DNA of 64,000 nucleotides from Acidobacteriota bacterium. GTDB lineage: Bacteria; Acidobacteriota; UBA6911; RPQK01; JAPXNP01. A program made the position numbers and the translations under genes. Positions 62,675-64,000 of this stretch are shown here, piece after piece (positions within the stretch are counted from its first letter, which is position 1; every line of letters starts with the position of its first letter). The notes beneath the pieces are model-generated. The model searched no databases, had not been told where the DNA came from, and saw nothing but the letters and a program-made list of their open reading frames with translations. The stretch lies in contig CAXXHN010000002.1 of NCBI GenBank assembly GCA_963663735.2, forward strand, positions 205,073 through 269,072, read 5' to 3'.

Positions 62675-63636
62675 CTGACTTCTCCTCCGGTTCCGGATTG
62701 AATGAGACGTTTGGCAGCGCGCAGCTTGGCACTTCGTGCCGCCGGGTTGCTTCTGACTTCATCTTCATCCGGAATAATCGGTTTCTTGGTTAGAATCTCT
62801 ATTCGCTTGATCCTGTGACACGTACACATGTCAGCCGGCTTAAAGCAGATGCATCTTCCTGCCTCAAGCTGGAATCGTTTTTTAATAATCCTGTCTTCCA
62901 GGCTGTGGAAAGTTATAAACAGCAGTCTTCCACCATCAGCCAGCCGGTCAATGGCGGTTGAACAGAATGTCTCCAGGCCTTCCAACTCACGATTGACTGC
63001 TATCCTCAGGGCCTGGAATGTCTGGGTCGCGGGATGAATCCTCTGCTTGTAGGCCGGAAGTTTTGGTTTTGCCCGTTCTACCAGCTGTGCCAGTTCAGAG
63101 GTTGAACTGATTTTTTTGCTTCGGCGATGTTCAACTATCGCTTCTGAAATACGCCGGGCAAAACGCTCCTCACCGTATTCCTTGAGTATGGATTCCAGTT
63201 CCTTTACTGAAAGCCCGTTGACAAGATCAGCTGCTGAAAGGGGTTCGCTTTGGTCCATGCGCATGTCCAGCGGTCCATCATTCATAATGCTGAAGCCCCG
63301 GTCAGCTGTGGTTAACTGGTATCTTGAAATTCCCAGATCAACAAGGATACCGTCCAGGATTTCAATCTTCCATTGGTCCAGGATTGAGGGAAGATTTTTA
63401 AAATTGGATTGGACAAACTTAATCCTGTCTCCAAAAGCGGACAGACGGGTTTGGGCCCTTTGCAGCGCGGAAGTGTCCCGGTCGCAGGCTATAAGCAGTC
63501 CGCCTTTTAAGCGTTCGGCAATTTCTGCTGTGTGTCCGCCGTCTCCCGCGGTAAGGTCCGCATAGGAGCATCCAGGACGGATATCAAGAAGCTCCATCAC
63601 AGGGTCCATCAATACAGGTATATGCATGTTCTCCAC
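62671..63636 (-). CDS. rsmH: 16S rRNA (C1402-N4)-methyltransferase
   Basis: HIPVL, D.TAG.GGH, DLGIS, RGFS, PLDMRMD, HPAT..FQALRIAVN.EL, FHSLEDR, NP.ARSAKLR. Confidence 0.97.
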   Translation of the reverse strand: MENMHIPVLMDPVMELLDIRPGCSYADLTAGDGGHTAEIAERLKGGLLIACDRDTSALQRAQTRLSAFGDRIKFVQSNFKNLPSILDQWKIEILDGILVDLGISRYQLTTADRGFSIMNDGPLDMRMDQSEPLSAADLVNGLSVKELESILKEYGEERFARRISEAIVEHRRSKKISSTSELAQLVERAKPKLPAYKQRIHPATQTFQALRIAVNRELEGLETFCSTAIDRLADGGRLLFITFHSLEDRIIKKRFQLEAGRCICFKPADMCTCHRIKRIEILTKKPIIPDEDEVRSNPAARSAKLRAAKRLIQSGTGGEVR

Positions 63637-63656
63637 TGTGAAGACCCTCTCAGTAA

Positions 63657-64000
63657 TTAGATTCCGTACGCTGCCAGTATTGAGGAATCATCCTCAGTAA
63701 TCGGGATAGCTTCCAGCTTCCTGGTTATATCAGTCTCTTTCCATACTTCCAAGTAGGTAGGCCGCCCGATTACGGTCACTTCACAGTCAGCCTCTCCATC
63801 TGGAAACATACTGTTTTTCAGCCGCGCGGAAATTGAGACCCTCCCCTGTTTATCCAGGTTTGTTTCCAGCCCGAAAACAGAGGTGAATGTCTGAAACTTT
63901 GTTATCGCAGTTGATGTCCTGGTATGGACATCCTGCTTCTCAGGAGAAATTACGGAGGATGAGTTGGTCATCTCAAGAAGCTTTTCTTCAACTTTGATCC
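63657..64000 (-). CDS. mraZ: Division/cell wall cluster regulator MraZ, C-terminal part (5' end beyond the window)
   Basis: Frame open to the window edge (IKVEEKLLEM...); LDKQGRVSI and G...YLEVW motifs; directly upstream of rsmH. Confidence 0.85.
   Translation of the reverse strand, partial: IKVEEKLLEMTNSSSVISPEKQDVHTRTSTAITKFQTFTSVFGLETNLDKQGRVSISARLKNSMFPDGEADCEVTVIGRPTYLEVWKETDITRKLEAIPITEDDSSILAAYGI

Noticed and set aside
43601-63565. Long plus-strand ORFs antisense to fusA and the dcw genes
   Set aside because: Shadow frames of conserved minus-strand genes.

Overview
Bacterial chromosomal window, most likely Acidobacteriota (16S signatures CTCAGAATCAACGC and TACGGGGGGGGCAAGCG; inference from memory, not a database search). 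From left to right it holds: the 3' end of nadE; a complete 16S-23S-5S rRNA operon with a tRNA-free spacer; about 35 kb of accessory genes, mostly exported hydrolases and carbohydrate enzymes (DUF2961, double-MBL, Tat-Nif3, M23-PD40, GH29, Ntn hydrolase, DDAH, a very large CPBP protein, a plant-type LRR protein with a trypsin, sulfatase, NagB-like, PIG-L); lgt, an EF-G paralog and glk; and the dcw cluster (mraZ to ftsZ) on the minus strand. The most interesting signals are non-coding. (1) A candidate ~115-nt minus-strand sRNA at about 26301-26419, with an ECF/sigmaE-like promoter, three hairpins and a CCCUCCUCCCC anti-Shine-Dalgarno loop. (2) A repeat hot-spot at about 15990-20615. Its intergenic spacers are mosaics of different REP-like palindromes and short tandem motifs. 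One gene (18945-19979) is bracketed by ~39-bp direct repeats that supply its stop codon, like an inserted cassette, next to an orphan PD-(D/E)xK-like nuclease gene. No CRISPR array, tRNA, transposase or integrase was seen. All protein calls come from motif recognition by eye.
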